Positions 47,994-61,083 of a stretch of 64,000 bases of DNA are shown piece by piece. This stretch comes from Selaginella moellendorffii (taxonomy: Eukaryota > Plantae > Lycopodiophyta). The DNA is taken from positions 186,768 to 250,767 of the forward strand of contig NW_003314395.1 of the NCBI RefSeq assembly GCF_000143415.4, read 5' to 3'. The position numbers were made by a program, and so were the translations under genes. How positions within the stretch are numbered: the first letter of the stretch is position 1; each line of letters begins with the position of its first letter. Below the pieces are notes generated by a model, which saw only the letters and a list, made by a program, of their open reading frames with translations, searched no databases and was not told where the DNA came from.

Positions 47994-48538
47994 CCCTTCG
48001 TTTCACGACGCTAGCTCCTCTAGAAACGAGAAATCCCCGCTCTAAGTCACTCGATTTCCACCACTATCACTACGGAGAAAAATCTAGTAAACCAAGCAGC
48101 GAGATTTCTTGAGCGAGGGACGCGCTTACCTGTATGCTGCTATAGAGAATCCCTCCATTCCCAGAATGCGCGCCATAGCCACCACAACGAGCGCTCCATC
48201 GCGCAAGAACAAGGGTTTTGCAAATGCCCACACTGAGTAAGACGGCATATTCCGTGAACAGGTAGAGGCCCTTGCTTAAGATTAAGCACTTGATAATTAT
48301 TCGCATCAACAGTTCCTATGTTCGAGAATATGCGCTCGCGTATCCTTCCTTCGGTTGCTAATCCTGGGGAGTGAAGCTGCTCATCACATTTATTAGGGAT
48401 GAATCGCTTATGCGGTGGCTTTTGGCGATCGTACTCTCCCTTCGTACCAGCACTCTTCTTGAGCTCCCACGATCGGTAAAGAGGGATTCTCCAAATCTTG
48501 CTCGCAGGAGTGCCAGCGGCATCGCGGCGGGCGATATT

Positions 48539-50504
48539 ATGGATCTCCCGGCGTCGCCAAGCAAGGATTGCGGCAGCAAGAAGCACGTCGTCGAGGTTTT
48601 CGAGCCCGGATCCTTCGAGCCGTCGGAGCATTTCTATCCGCGGGTCCTCAACGCGCAGATTCATCCCCTGGTGCGGTCTTTCATGGCCCTGGGCAACGAT
48701 CGCATCAAGAAACGCTACTGCCATCTCCATCCGGAGGCAAACCATGACGCCGTGGCCAGGGCCTTGAGCTTCTCGACCAGGTAGCGTTTCTTTGTTGTCA
48801 ATGTAGCTTCTCTAGAGAGACTCTTGCGATCGTCTTAAAGAATTCTTTCCCAGATTCTTCCAGTGGGGAGGGGCGGATTTGTTTTCCACGACTACCGAGC
48901 ACGGGCAGAAGCGTTTCGTGGTCGTCGAGACGAACTCGTGTCCATCCGGCCAGAAAGCCATGCCGCTAGCCAACGAAGAACTCGAGTTTGCTGGCTACCG
49001 CACGCTGCTCGAGAAATCTCTCATGCCATACATTCGCGCTGGGAGCTACAATGGTCACCAGCTTCCAGAGGGCAGGCTCGCGGTTTTATACGACAAGAAC
49101 AGGATGGAGTCGTCCGGCTATGCTGCTACGCTAGCCGAGCTCGCGGGCGAGCCAGTTTTCCTGGTTCCATGCTACGAGGACGATCCCGATCCTTTGATGA
49201 AGTGCCGCGAAGATGGTATTATCATGATCAACACCGCCAAGCTTTTGTGGAGGTCTCACGAAGAAAACGGCAGTGGTGGTGGTGATAAGAGCTTGTTCGT
49301 TCCAGAGCCCGTGTGGGAGCCTGTCCGAGCGGCACTGAGATATGTGACACAACGTCCATGGAGCAGAATTCCACCACTCACGCGGACTCTCGTCTTTAAT
49401 CCAATCCTCGCGTGCTTGGCTGGTGGAAGGAACAAGATGCTGGCTGCCAAAGCTTATGATCTCCACAATGCCGAGATAGCTGCGAGTGGCCTGAGCATCC
49501 TGACTCCGGATACTATATGGGACGTTTCCAAGACCGAGATCCCGCTTTGGGTCCGGAGGATGGGAGGACTCGCCGTCGTGAAAATTCCTTACGCGAATGC
49601 CGGTATTGGCGTCTGGACTATCACTCACGAAGGTGAGCTTCAGGAGTTTATGGGAATGGACCATCGCTACGATCGCTTCATTGTCCAGGTAAGAGCTTTC
49701 AATTGCGAAAACTTGAATTCACCGGTGTTATATGTTCGCAGGCTTTGATCGGCAATCACGGTTGGAGCAGCTTAAATCATGGTGGACGTCTCTATCATGT
49801 CGGAACAATTCCAAATCTCAAAGGGAACATTTATGCCGCTGATCTCCGGCTCATGGTTGGCTCATCCCCGGAAGGCTTTTTCCCTGTGGCGATTTATGCT
49901 CGACGGGCACGGCTCCCTCTGTCCGAGAAGCTGGAACGAGGAATGAACTCGTGGGACATGCTCGGGACGAATTTGTCCGTCAAGGTACTTCTTTTTTAAT
50001 GAAAAAGCTGACGACGACCGAAACTTCTCTACTTTTTTTATAAGAATCCTGACGGGACCTGGGGAACTGAAACGGAGCGACTGCTTCTGATGGACAGCAG
50101 AGATTTTAATCGTGTCGGGATCGGGCTAGATGACTTGATAGAGGCTTACATGCAGGCAAGGAAGATTTAATCTTTGTTTTCTAAAGAGTGTTTCTTTGTC
50201 TTTGCTAGACTGTGCTAGCAGTGACCGCCATCGATGGCCTGGCTTGCAAGCTTATAACATCAGAGGTAACGAATTCATAGTTTCTCCCCGCGCTTATCTG
50301 ACGCAAAACTTACAGGGAAATTTTGGCTTGAAGCTGTTCCAGTCCTTAAACCCGGATCCCAAGCTCTTGGCGGAGATGTATCCAACAGAGCTCAAGCCGC
50401 CCTTGGCCACGAGTACTATGGAGCAGCAAAGCGCCGAGTGTAAAGAAAATCGAGAAGACGAAGAACAACCTCTGCGATTGGTACGCATAAGAATCGAGCC
50501 ATGA
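48539..50504 (+). CDS. Uncharacterised ATP-grasp-like protein (start uncertain)
   Basis: Multi-exon ORF: [63 protein letters not shown]|ALIG, ADLRLMV and MLGTNLSVK. Confidence 0.7.
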
Positions 50505-50871
50505 ATTTTTTTCTCTTTTTTCGTTGTTCTTCCATCGTTGATGATGTGTGATTTTCAGGTGGCAAGACAAAAGCCTCTTCCAGCGCTTGCAGTCTTTGGA
50601 CACTTACAAAGAGTATAGATAGAACTACTATGATGAAAAATCACTACATAGTTACGTCTAATGGAGAGCTCCAAGTTCTTTTGACGCTTTCTCTAAGAAC
50701 CATCGGCATTATAGCCTGGACACTTGTAAATAATTGGAGTAAAACACTTTCCATTTTCTTACCAGGTTGCTCGAGTATTTACTTTACTGCCTTTTTGTGA
50801 GTGGCACGTTCGTAAGTAGTGCTTAGGGTTCTTCGACGAGAGCGCGAGGAGCCGCATCGGCGGCACGGGAG

Positions 50872-53800
50872 ATGATATCAGCTTGCGCTTGCGATTTTGC
50901 ATCGTCAGTGACCAGGTGAGCTTGGCGCTGCTAGAAGTCCCACGAATTTCCAGTGATTTCGTGCAGGATCGTGCGAGGGAGTATTTCGATCCGCGCTTTG
51001 TCTTCGGTAGCAAGAGTATGCCTTCTCGATCGGGTTTTTACCTTCTCTGATTCATCCATATTGCAATGACAAGGAAGGATATGAATCGTGAAGTGGATCT
51101 AAGAGCTGCATTGGGTGTGGTACGCGCCGAGAAGAGAATGAGAAGGACACAAAATGCAGGTATTTCTTTCGTGACTTTCTCGGAGATTTTCCAAAGCGAT
51201 TTGTTTATCAGATTGAAGCATAGAGATATTTGCAGTGCCGACTGGACAAACGATGAAGCACCATGGAATGCAGCTTTGGAGGCCCAAAGTCACAGCTCAA
51301 TGTGTATCTTCCGGTAAGTTGGCACAGTTTCGGTCATCTGATATTCGCTTTGATTTGTTTAAGATGCTGGAACTTTGGAACCAAATGTTGTTACCAGCAC
51401 GGGATCCTTGGACCAACTTACAGCCGTTTTTGAAGATGTCACGAGCAACAAACCAGAGAACAAGTTCTCGGCTTCTGTAGAGGTATGAGCCAAGAACTGA
51501 ATGTTTTTTCTCAAGTAGATGACTCTTACAGGTGAATCAAGCGGTTATTCAGTCAATCAAAGCAAAAAGGTACTACGCTATTCGAAAAATGCCTTGAACA
51601 TCCGTGAATATCAGAAACAAAATGAAGCGAAAAATTGAAGCGGAATCCAATACCTCGTTGACATTTTCGAAGCAAAAATCAGGATTCTACATAGGTCAGT
51701 ATGACTCCCTTGGTAACTTTTTATTCTTTTTAAACTTCTCAATTTTAGTTGTTGAGGGTCTGTCGGACGAAGCCGTGCAGCAAGCTACAAGGCTTTTACA
51801 ACCGGTGATAGACAAGGTATTAGTACCTTTCGAGTTCATTTTTGTGTCTCATGGAAAACTGTCAGAAAGACACCAAAGCTGAGTCAGTTACGGAAAAGTC
51901 TGCTAGCAGTAGGAGCTCTTCTCTGAACCCAGGTAAATGCCTTTGTTATTTATTATTTTTAATTTGGAAATGGATTGTTCTAGCTTCGACAAAACGATTA
52001 GCGAGTGGGAGTTTGCAATGGATGCCGAAAGCAGGCAATTTCTTTCTCTCTGTTTTTTTTCCTAAAAGCTGATTGTGCGCATTATGTGCTAACAGTGAGA
52101 ACCATGCACACCGTAGCAGATGAATGTAAAGATGTCAGTGATGTCGAACAGAACGACAGCGAAATGGTCTCTGGCTCTATACAGGTATACTGCATTTCAT
52201 CTGCTCTTCCGGTGTTGATGCTACTACTTTTACAGGTTGACAAGAAGCTGCTACGTCTAGTTAAAGGACACAAGTGAGTTCATTGTGCAGTTGCGTAAGC
52301 TGATCTTATTGTTACTCCGCAGGAATGAAGTCAAACAACGGATTGAAAAAGACACAAACACAACCATACGCTTCGGAAACCCTGTCGGTATGCTTATTCG
52401 TTATCTGTAAGATATTTTCACGCTAGCGCCTGATGAGCTTTTGTTTTAGTTGTGGAGGGATCTTCCGAGGATTCGGTAAATAAAGCGCTAGAGGAGATAC
52501 AAAGAATAGTTGAGGAAGTAAGTGTAAGTCGATATTCTTGTTCATCTGCTAACACATTTTTGCAGGGTGTGAACGACGCGAAATTTCAGTACTCTCATTT
52601 CCTTTCTCTGCCACTTAGCGTCCATCCTTCTCTGGTCCAAAAACTGGAGGCCTTTCAGGAATCCGTACTAGTATCGCTGGGAATTCCTCTCGTTGATGAA
52701 GAACAAACAGCAGCAGCTGATGCAGAGGAAACACCAGAACAGGAGGCGCCAGAAGAGGAAGCAGCAGCTGCAGCAGCAGAAACTGTGACTTCCGGAGTGG
52801 AGGAACATGTGGATGATACTCGCTCGGTCGAAGCACCAGTAGAGGACGCGTTTCGTCAGTCTGTCCTCGGTTCGTTGGGTATACAGCCAAATGAAGGAGA
52901 TGAAACTGATGCCGCTACTCAAGGAACTGTACTTTCGGAGATACAAGTCGAGGAAGAACCAGCAGCCACGGAAACCGTAGGCGAGGAAGAAACAGAATCA
53001 GGAAGTCAGTTGCACGTAGAAGGTGAAACACTGGCCACTGAAACCGAGGAAACTGTTGCTGAAGAGGTAACGGAAACAGATAACACCGCCGCATCAGAAA
53101 CCCTGGAAACCGTAGCTGCTGATGAGGATACGGAACGGGAACAGCAAAATGCTGTTGCTGAAGTGCGGGTGGAAATGGAAACAACCGCAGATTTGCCTGA
53201 AGAGAAAGCGGAAGGAACCGAGCCACTGCAAGACGTGCCTCTAACGCTAAAAAAGAAGAAAGGTCTGTGATTGTTTTTCCTCTCTCAGCTAACCGTAGCC
53301 GGTTTCATAGATTCTGGAGTCGAGAAATCAATCTTTATCAAGCCTACGAGATTTCACTTGACGGTTTTAATGCTGAAGCTCTGGAATGAAGAGCGCGTGG
53401 AGAAAGCCCGTGGCGTTTTGGAGGTAATCAAGTTCATGCACGTAAATTCTCGGGGTTTTCTTAACTCGTTTCTTCTCTCCCAGAAATGCTTGCCAGATGT
53501 AGCTGCAACTTTGGACAAAAGACCGGTCTCGGTGTCCTTGAAGGGATTGGTATGGAATATCGTCCTTGTTTTGCTTTGGAATATCGACTTTGATTTTTGC
53601 AAAAACAATTGCAGGAGATCATGAGGGGAAGTCCCAAAAACACGCGTGTGCTGTTTGCAAAGGTGGCGGACGCTGATGGTGGAAGTCGACTTTCAAAAGC
53701 TTGCCGTATCCTTTCTTTTTTGCCTTTTCTTCACTTTAGATCGTATCTAACAGCTCTTAGCTCCATTTCCTTAGCATCTCATCACCACAGAGGTCATGAT

Positions 53801-54252
53801 TGACGCTTTCGTTGAAGCCGGCCTAGTGCTTGGAAAAGATGGCGAGCAAGAACTAAAGGTAGATTAAAAATTGCTCGCTTTTTCGCTTTGCAATTGTTTC
53901 TAACGAAGTATCTCTCTTTTCTCTGACAGTTGCACGCGACAGTTATGAACACAAGCCACAGAAGGAGGTACTGTCAGTCATGTTCTTTTTCCTTTCTTTT
54001 TGTGATTGTGGGTGTTGACTCTGTGCTGCTCGCAGCAAAAGTCGATACAGGAACAAGGGATTCGATGCCACGGATATCCTCGCGAAGTTTGGAGAAGAGA
54101 CCTGGGGCGACTACCAAATCATGGAGGCACACCTCTCGGAGCGTTTCAAGTATGATGAGAATGGTTACTACCACCGCTGTGGCTCTATACCCTTCCCTGG
54201 AAGCACTGTTGAGACGGGCGTATCGCAAGGAACAAGCCAACACGATACTTAG
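50872..54252 (+). CDS. ASCC1/AKAP7-like 2H phosphoesterase with KH domain (5' exons uncertain)
   Basis: KH-like LRLVKGHK...QRIEKDTNTTIRF; YSHFLSLPL; two HxT motifs (FHLTVLMLKLW, LHATVMNT); C-terminus AHLSERFKYDENGYYHRCGSIPFP. Confidence 0.8.
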
Positions 54253-54361
54253 TGAGGCAGAGCAAAAGAAGAATGCAAATTTTTTTCTACCTGGGAGATT
54301 GATTGTATGTGATTGTTTTGCTCCATAATATATCTGCCGTGGCTTTGAATTAGCAAGCTTA

Positions 54362-56717
54362 TTACGATATCATCAGCGTTGTTTTCTCTTCGTTGGCATC
54401 GTTATTATTGTTCTCGCCACCTGATGCTGGTTCTTCCTGTGAAAAGAATTCCACTGTGTCATTAAATGAGAAAGAACACATTTGCTTCACCTTTGGTTGC
54501 TGCAAGAGAGCTCGGCTTTGCTCGAAGTATTGATTTGGATGGTTGATGCCATCGCTAGAACACCCGTGCACGGCTTCGAAAACTTCGGCACAGGCCAGCT
54601 GCCAAGGACGGGAAAAGTTAGCAGCTGAGCTTTAAAGCCTTTGTCCCCGGAACGAACCTGGTAATGCTGGCTTCGGGTCTTTTCAAGCGCGGAAGATACT
54701 TGCCTGGAATTTAATCCCAGACCACCTAAAGAAGCACGCAATTTGTCCTCGCTGCGTGTCACTAGCAACGAATGAATGGGAGCGTCTTTTTGAAACTGGA
54801 CAGACCACACCTGAAGTGGCGATAGGGACATCCGTGATGATCTCCAACGCCAGGAGTTGACATGATCAGTTTCACACATGAATAAGGTGTATAGTCCTGC
54901 ACGAGGAGCCACATGTAAGTATTGTTTCCACAAACCTTAAAGAAACTTACCGTTCGCTTTCCTTCTTTTCCATAGTTGTGACGGACGTTATACGCGTACT
55001 CTTTGTCGAACTTTTCAACACCCACCTAATAAATTACTCCCGTTAGATACTCGAAACTTTTCAAGTTTTTGCGCACCTTTCGAGAAAACTCGGCTCTCCA
55101 GAATGCCAAGGCATCTTCCAGCTTTAGACCGATCCCCTGCACCGTAGAAACTTTAGTATAAAGAAGCAAACGAAAGACAAGCATCTCACCTTTAAGAAGA
55201 GTCCAAGTTGCTGCCGGCCGCCGTGCCTCAAATGATGGTCATCACGCAGCTGAAACAACGAAGATAAAGCCGTTAACTGATTGCTAGATAGGCCAAACCT
55301 GAAAGAATAAACTTCGCATGCACAGTGGAAATGAAGCCTTTGCCAGTTGATCAAGATCTTGCAAAGCGATCTCATTCGATGATTTTGGCTGCGAACGAAC
55401 GTAAATTGAGCTGCCTTTACAAACATCAATACCTGAGTATAGTCAGGTCCTAGATATCGTGTACTCAAAGCCTCAACCATCTAAAAAATGCCATGTTGCG
55501 TGAAGTCAACCATAAAAAACACTCTGAACTTTACCGGTGCCAGTCGATCTTTCTCTTCTCCAGCAATGAAAGAAATCCACTTTCTGCGTTCAGGCAGATT
55601 AAATCAGTAGTGTGTTGTAGATATCGATGCTTACCGGTTAGTTAGAACGAGAGCTTTGGACAAGCGAGACCGAAATTGGCCAACAACCAAAAAGCTTAGC
55701 TGCAACAAATAAAAGTAATTAAATGCCTTTTGTCAGGAATCTTACTTGCTCTCTGGGAACAAAAGCTTCACCACGTCGAAGATAAACCTTACGGCCGCTT
55801 ACAAGCTCTGGCACGTCTTCAAACGGAACTTTGTAGTACATTTTAGCTGCACGTAAATGTACAGTATAAAAGATTAGAAAGTGACCGCATATACAATCGA
55901 AGGCTTACAGTTCGAAACCTGATTTGTCGAACGCGCCACACTCTCTAAATTTTCCTTCACCGCCTGCAAGACCAAGGGAGTTACTTGGGGCGCCCTTGAA
56001 ATGAATACCTCAATTTCAGCACTGGTCATTGCTTTGTAAGGCAGATTGCAATCGTCCATAAGTTTTTGCTGCAAACGAACACGAGAACTTGAAAACAAAA
56101 AGAGAAGGAAATGAAACTTCCAGACCTGTGCAGCCGGCATTTCACATCGGAAACGATGACGAAACAAAACAGACTCGATTCCAAGGAACCACCGGCGCAG
56201 ATCCTCGCTGAAGACACGAGAGTTAAACAATCTGGATATCCAAAACAAAGAAAAACGAAAAAAATGCCATACGTGCGACAATAAGCTAGGCGCAAGATGA
56301 AATGCGAAATCACGTCCTTCTTGCTGGAATCGCTCCCCATATGTTTCCTCCAGAGATCGCTCACCTGGCAAAATCAAAATTTGGAACGCATTACAACGGC
56401 CCCATTCTCACATCTCACAGACACGCACCAGCGGATCCATCTCCTCCATCTTCTTCCCCCTCGACCGCGCTTCCTCGATTTCTTTCAGCACTGAGCCGGC
56501 AACGAAACGTTCCAGCAGCCGAGATTTTCATGAAATTTGATCAAAACAACAAACCTCGCAGCCGATCCAGCGCGTACTCCTCAAAATCTTCCAGCGAGAT
56601 CTCCTCATCGGGCGCCGCCTCGTAGAAGCTGAGCTTGCCAGCGCCGGCGCCTCCACCACGGCTATCCTCGCCTCCATCCTCTGCCCTACCACCGGCCCCA
56701 ATGCTCCTAAACGCCAT
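54362..56717 (-). CDS. PRIM2: DNA primase large subunit
   Basis: Motifs [74 protein letters not shown] and INHPNQYF. Confidence 0.95.
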
Positions 56718-56934
56718 AGCCGAAACACAAAAAAATGGCGGGAAATTAACCCCATCGAATATCCTAGCACAAGTGCTACGTACAGCAAAAGCACATTTAT
56801 CAGGATATTCGTTAGGGTTCTTGAGCGCGAGGCGCGCGAGCGAGGGAGAGAGCTAGCGAGAGCTGGATTTTCCCATTCTTAGATGGTCCGGAGGCGGCGG
56901 CGGTGCGGCGCGGCATTGGTAGTGATCCCAGCGA

Positions 56935-57996
56935 ATGGCGAGCTTGATCGAGGGGCTCCCGGATGCGATTGCAATGCAGTGCCTGGCGCGGGCGCCGCTA
57001 GGGATGCACAGGGCAATGCGGGCGGTGTGCCGGTCGTGGCGCGCGGCGCTGCGCAACGGCGGCGGCGGCAGTGGTGGCGCCGAGCTCTTCCGGGTAAGGT
57101 CCGCGGCGGGGCTGCGCGAGGAGTGGCTCTTCGTCACATCCTTCGAGCCCGACCGCGTGTGGGAGGCCTACGATCCATCCGGCGGCCACTGGCACACGCT
57201 GCCACTCTTCCCCTCCTCCATTGCGCGCCTCTCCAACTTCGGCACCGCCGCGCTCCACCGCCAGCTCTTCGTCGTCGGCGGCGGCAGCGACGAGGTGGAT
57301 CACGCCACCGGCGAGCGCGACCGCCCCTTCGCCAGCGCCGCCGTGTGGTGCTTCGACGCGCTCCAGGGGCGATGGGAGGCGCGATCGCCCATGCTCACGC
57401 CCAGGTCCCAGTTCGCCTGCGCGGCGGTGGCGGGCAAGATCATCGTGGCGGGGGGATTCGGCTGCTCGCGCCGCCCGCTCGCCTCGGCGGAGATCTACGA
57501 TCCGGAGGCCGACCGCTGGGACGCCATCGCGGACGTGGGCGAGGTCCACAACGCGGCGTGCTCGGGGCTTGTTCTTGGCGGCGCCATGGCGCTGCTGTAC
57601 AAGGGCCACTCGCTCGTCCAGCTCTACGATCCGGCGCTGGATTCGTGGACGCTGCATGGGTCGCAGTGGCGGGAGTTCCCGGGGAGATTGGCGGTGGTGG
57701 GCGATGAGGTTTGCGGGGTGGCGAGCTCCTACTTGATCCGGGGCTTGAACGAGCCGCAGCTATGGCGGCACTGGGCCGAGTACTTCCACAGGATAGGGTT
57801 TGGGGTGGCGGGGATTGGAAACGACTTGTACGTGGTTGGGGGGATCTTGGGGCCGCAGCAGGAGAGCATGAGGATTCACGTATTGAAGGAGGTGGATATC
57901 TGGAGCGTGGAGGGTGGCGAATTCGAGAAGAAGGGGACGACGAGCATGACTTGGTGCTCCGGGACGGTGTTGGGCTGCGCGGTTGTGAGCCTGTGA
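56935..57996 (+). CDS. F-box/kelch-repeat protein
   Basis: LIEGLPDAIAMQCLAR F-box, followed by kelch repeats (LFVVGGG, IIVAGGF, AEIYDPEADRW). Confidence 0.93.
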   Translation: MASLIEGLPDAIAMQCLARAPLGMHRAMRAVCRSWRAALRNGGGGSGGAELFRVRSAAGLREEWLFVTSFEPDRVWEAYDPSGGHWHTLPLFPSSIARLSNFGTAALHRQLFVVGGGSDEVDHATGERDRPFASAAVWCFDALQGRWEARSPMLTPRSQFACAAVAGKIIVAGGFGCSRRPLASAEIYDPEADRWDAIADVGEVHNAACSGLVLGGAMALLYKGHSLVQLYDPALDSWTLHGSQWREFPGRLAVVGDEVCGVASSYLIRGLNEPQLWRHWAEYFHRIGFGVAGIGNDLYVVGGILGPQQESMRIHVLKEVDIWSVEGGEFEKKGTTSMTWCSGTVLGCAVVSL

Positions 57997-58613
57997 TCGG
58001 TCGATCGATCGGTCTCTTGATTCTTCGTCTCTGGGCTTTGGAGAGATTGATTGATCGTGTAGTAGCATAGCAGCAAAACTCGATCTTTCATATCCAGAGC
58101 TCCACTTGGATCTTAAAGGTAAACAATGGGAGAGGTTCTCAAAAACCCTAAAAGCATTCTTACTCCATATCTTAAAGGTAAACAATGTGAGATCCTCAAG
58201 AACCCTAAACGCAGAGGAATATGCCCCGTCCAGGCAAGTGGGGACAAGATATATCCACGTTGTCCTCACACCGAGAGGGATTTTGCCTCTCGAAAGCGTT
58301 GTTACTTTTTAATCGTTGCGCTCTGCCACAACAACAACAACAACAACAAAACTTTATTCTCATTTTCCTTCTCCTCTTTTGGGGCTCTCTCTCCTCTCTC
58401 TCTCTCTCTCTCTCATCGTTGCGCCATTGCCATATCACCACGTCGGAGAGCGATGGTAAGTCTCTTCTAACTTCTCCTTCTTCCCCGTGTCCATCCATCC
58501 ACACTCTTTCCCTTTCTTCTCTCCTCTTTAATTTTCTTCTCTCCTCGCGCATCCATTGCCGCGGGCGCCGCTGGTAGGGAGGAGGCGCCGCTAGTGTCAC
58601 CAATCTTTTAGTC

Positions 58614-59207
58614 ATGCTGATGTCGCCCACGCTAGTCCTCGCCAGGTCTCCCCTGTTCTTCCTCCCCCGCCCGCTACTAGCTCCAATCTCCATCTCCATC
58701 GTCGCGCTTCTCCTCGGGGGAGGAGCGCGTCCGTGCTGGGCCACGATTCCTTGCAGCCCCACCGTCCAGTGCCCCCAGAACTGCTGCTGTGGAGTGAATG
58801 GCTACTGCGGGACCGGGGATGGATACTGTGGCGCCGGGAATTGCCTGAGCCAGTGCCCCAAGAGCCCATCTCCGCCCAATCCTCCGCCGCAAGCACAAGC
58901 GCCGCCGGTGCCCCCCTCCTCCTCCGCCAATTACCCGCCGCCGACGTCGTGGGGATCCTCCGGGGCTAACCGCTACGCTCCTCCGCCTCCGCAGTACTTC
59001 TACGCTGGCGGCTCCGGCTCCAACATTGCCGATCTAGAGTACCACGACATCCATCACCACCACTACTACGTCGACAATGTGTGGAGAATTGTGGGGATCG
59101 CGTGTGGCATCGCGGCGCTGGTGCTCATCGCCGCGTTCCTCATCGTCTTGCTGGCCAGATCTGCCAAGCGTCGCAAGAATGCGTGTGATTGCGATGGCGA
59201 TCACTGA
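58614..59207 (+). CDS. Hevein (chitin-binding type-1) domain / Pro-rich / single-TM protein
   Basis: Hydrophobic signal-like segment, [35 protein letters not shown], Pro-rich stalk, [25 protein letters not shown], basic stop-transfer RSAKRRK and a short tail. Confidence 0.75.
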   Translation: MLMSPTLVLARSPLFFLPRPLLAPISISIVALLLGGGARPCWATIPCSPTVQCPQNCCCGVNGYCGTGDGYCGAGNCLSQCPKSPSPPNPPPQAQAPPVPPSSSANYPPPTSWGSSGANRYAPPPPQYFYAGGSGSNIADLEYHDIHHHHYYVDNVWRIVGIACGIAALVLIAAFLIVLLARSAKRRKNACDCDGDH

Positions 59208-61010
59208 TCATGGTAATCCGGTGGGGGGATAGATCTACATCGGATCGCCCATCTGGACGCGCTTGCGAGGAATCGTCCTTGACCATTCTCTTCTTCGGGG
59301 GGAATTCTAGCGAAATTTTAGAGCTCTAGTTTTTCGGGGGAGGGCCATTGTCCTAATAATGTTCTGACTCTAGCTCTAGTGGTACCATTGTTTTTGGTAA
59401 CAATCTGATCTCATGGGGTGGGTAACAACAGTAAAAATTGTAAGAAAAAAAAATGGAAAATTTTGCTTTTGCTTCGCGAAGCTCAGCTTCTGTGTAACGT
59501 ACGCAGGAAATTTCTCAGGCAAGAACAGGGGGTCAATACCTGCATTCAATTAAACAGCAGGGAGTGAAACATTTTGGATTTTCTATTTTTATTTTAGTTA
59601 TATGTGGCTGTTTTGTTTTTTGTTTTTTTTAATATTCTGTTGAAATCAACGTCAAACGCACGTGAAAGAACAGCGTCCAAACCATACCATGCTAACACAG
59701 GTTGGTCCACTCACGGCAAGATCAATCAACTCGGGATTAGAACCTACTTAAGCGCTTACTACTTGCCATCCCAAACACTCTGCTGCAATCAAGTCTTCCA
59801 GAACCGAACATGCTTTTGCGAAAAGTTGTCGGCAACTAATACACAGCTTTAGGCCTGTATCCATTTTTATTTTTTTTTCCAAAACCAGAGAAAAGTAAAA
59901 AAAAAATATTAAAAAAGAAAAACATATCACTGGCTGGAACCTCTGAAGCACTGGAGAAAAAAAGGGTCACTTACCTCCATCAGTGCACCAGACAGACACC
60001 TACTTGATCGTCACTCTCTTTCAGTACAAAGCAACATTGTTATTCTAGCATCCAATTCTAATTCCGCGACTAAAGTATTTTCAGCTGCTTTTATCACAAA
60101 CAAAACCGTTGCTTCCAGAACAGTATTATGGAGATAAATCTCAATCCAAGGACAAGAAACAAATGCAAAATTGTCACTCCAAAAGCAACGGATATGTCAA
60201 GCATGAGGTGGAATCGACACCGAGGACCGCAAGGTATGCCAATCCAGGCTCGACGAGATGATTAGGAGTTAAGCGCATAGAGACAGGCTCCAAGACAAGG
60301 TTCGTGTTGCAACTCCAGTCGCTTTCCTTGGCTGCTGCCGCAACGTCCTTTTTGCTCTCTCCTCTTTTGCTTTCAGCAAAGGCATCTTGGATACAGCTCA
60401 CGAGTGCTGCGTCGTCCGGTCCAATCTCAAGTGCATGATCGTTTCTTCCATCCTCTTGACACTCTATTGAACTCGTCAAGGCGAGAAAATCGAGTTTACA
60501 TTTCTGAATACTTAAAGAAACCAGAAATGCAACAATTATATGAATGAATGATTGAATTCACCTTGTTGAATGATTCATCTGATGCTATAGCCATTATTAG
60601 ATTCGTACTGAAGTAAATTTTCTTGTTCTAAAACTTGTTTCATAAGTACAGCTATAGTATCAGATTGTAAATCAAACCAGCAAATCGAAAGTTCACATGT
60701 GATTGAAGAGTGTTTCCAGTAGCAAGGTGTTGAGGAGCTGTCTCTTTCCCATATTGGGCACAGTGGTGGGACCAATTCTCAGCAGCAACAAGCTTGAAGA
60801 ACTTGTCAGCTCGCAAGCGTAGATCTCATATCTCGATCACTGTGAAAACCAGCAAGGACTTACCCGTCATGACAAGAAAGATGCAACTAGATTGAAAACC
60901 AGAGCTAATCTCTTTCTCTTGCTGGAATAAATGGATTGTCTTGTTAGATGTCGCGGCCTTTCTTATACCGTGGTGGCCCAGTCGTTGATAATGCAGATAA
61001 GTTTTGCTCA

Positions 61011-61083
61011 GGGGGTGTAGCTCAGATGGTAGAGCGATCGCTTCGCATGCGATAGGTAAGGGGATCGATGCCCCTCACCTCCA
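61011..61083 (+). tRNA. trnA-CGC: tRNA-Ala(CGC)
   Basis: 73-nt cloverleaf with G3:U70, anticodon loop TTCGCAT and a downstream T-rich terminator. Confidence 0.93.

Noticed and set aside
56883-58269. Long overlapping and antisense ORFs over the F-box/kelch gene (similar ones over BAHD, kinases and KNL2)
   Set aside because: Expected shadows of GC-rich coding sequence; no motifs.
58105-58415. ~60-bp tandem duplication with telo-box-like AACCCTAAA, plus (CAA)n and (CT)n microsatellites
   Set aside because: Ordinary promoter/5'UTR features.
59740-60870. Possible spliced gene on the minus strand (ORF 60174-60479 and nearby splice-like sites)
   Set aside because: No recognisable domain, and I could not build a consistent reading frame.
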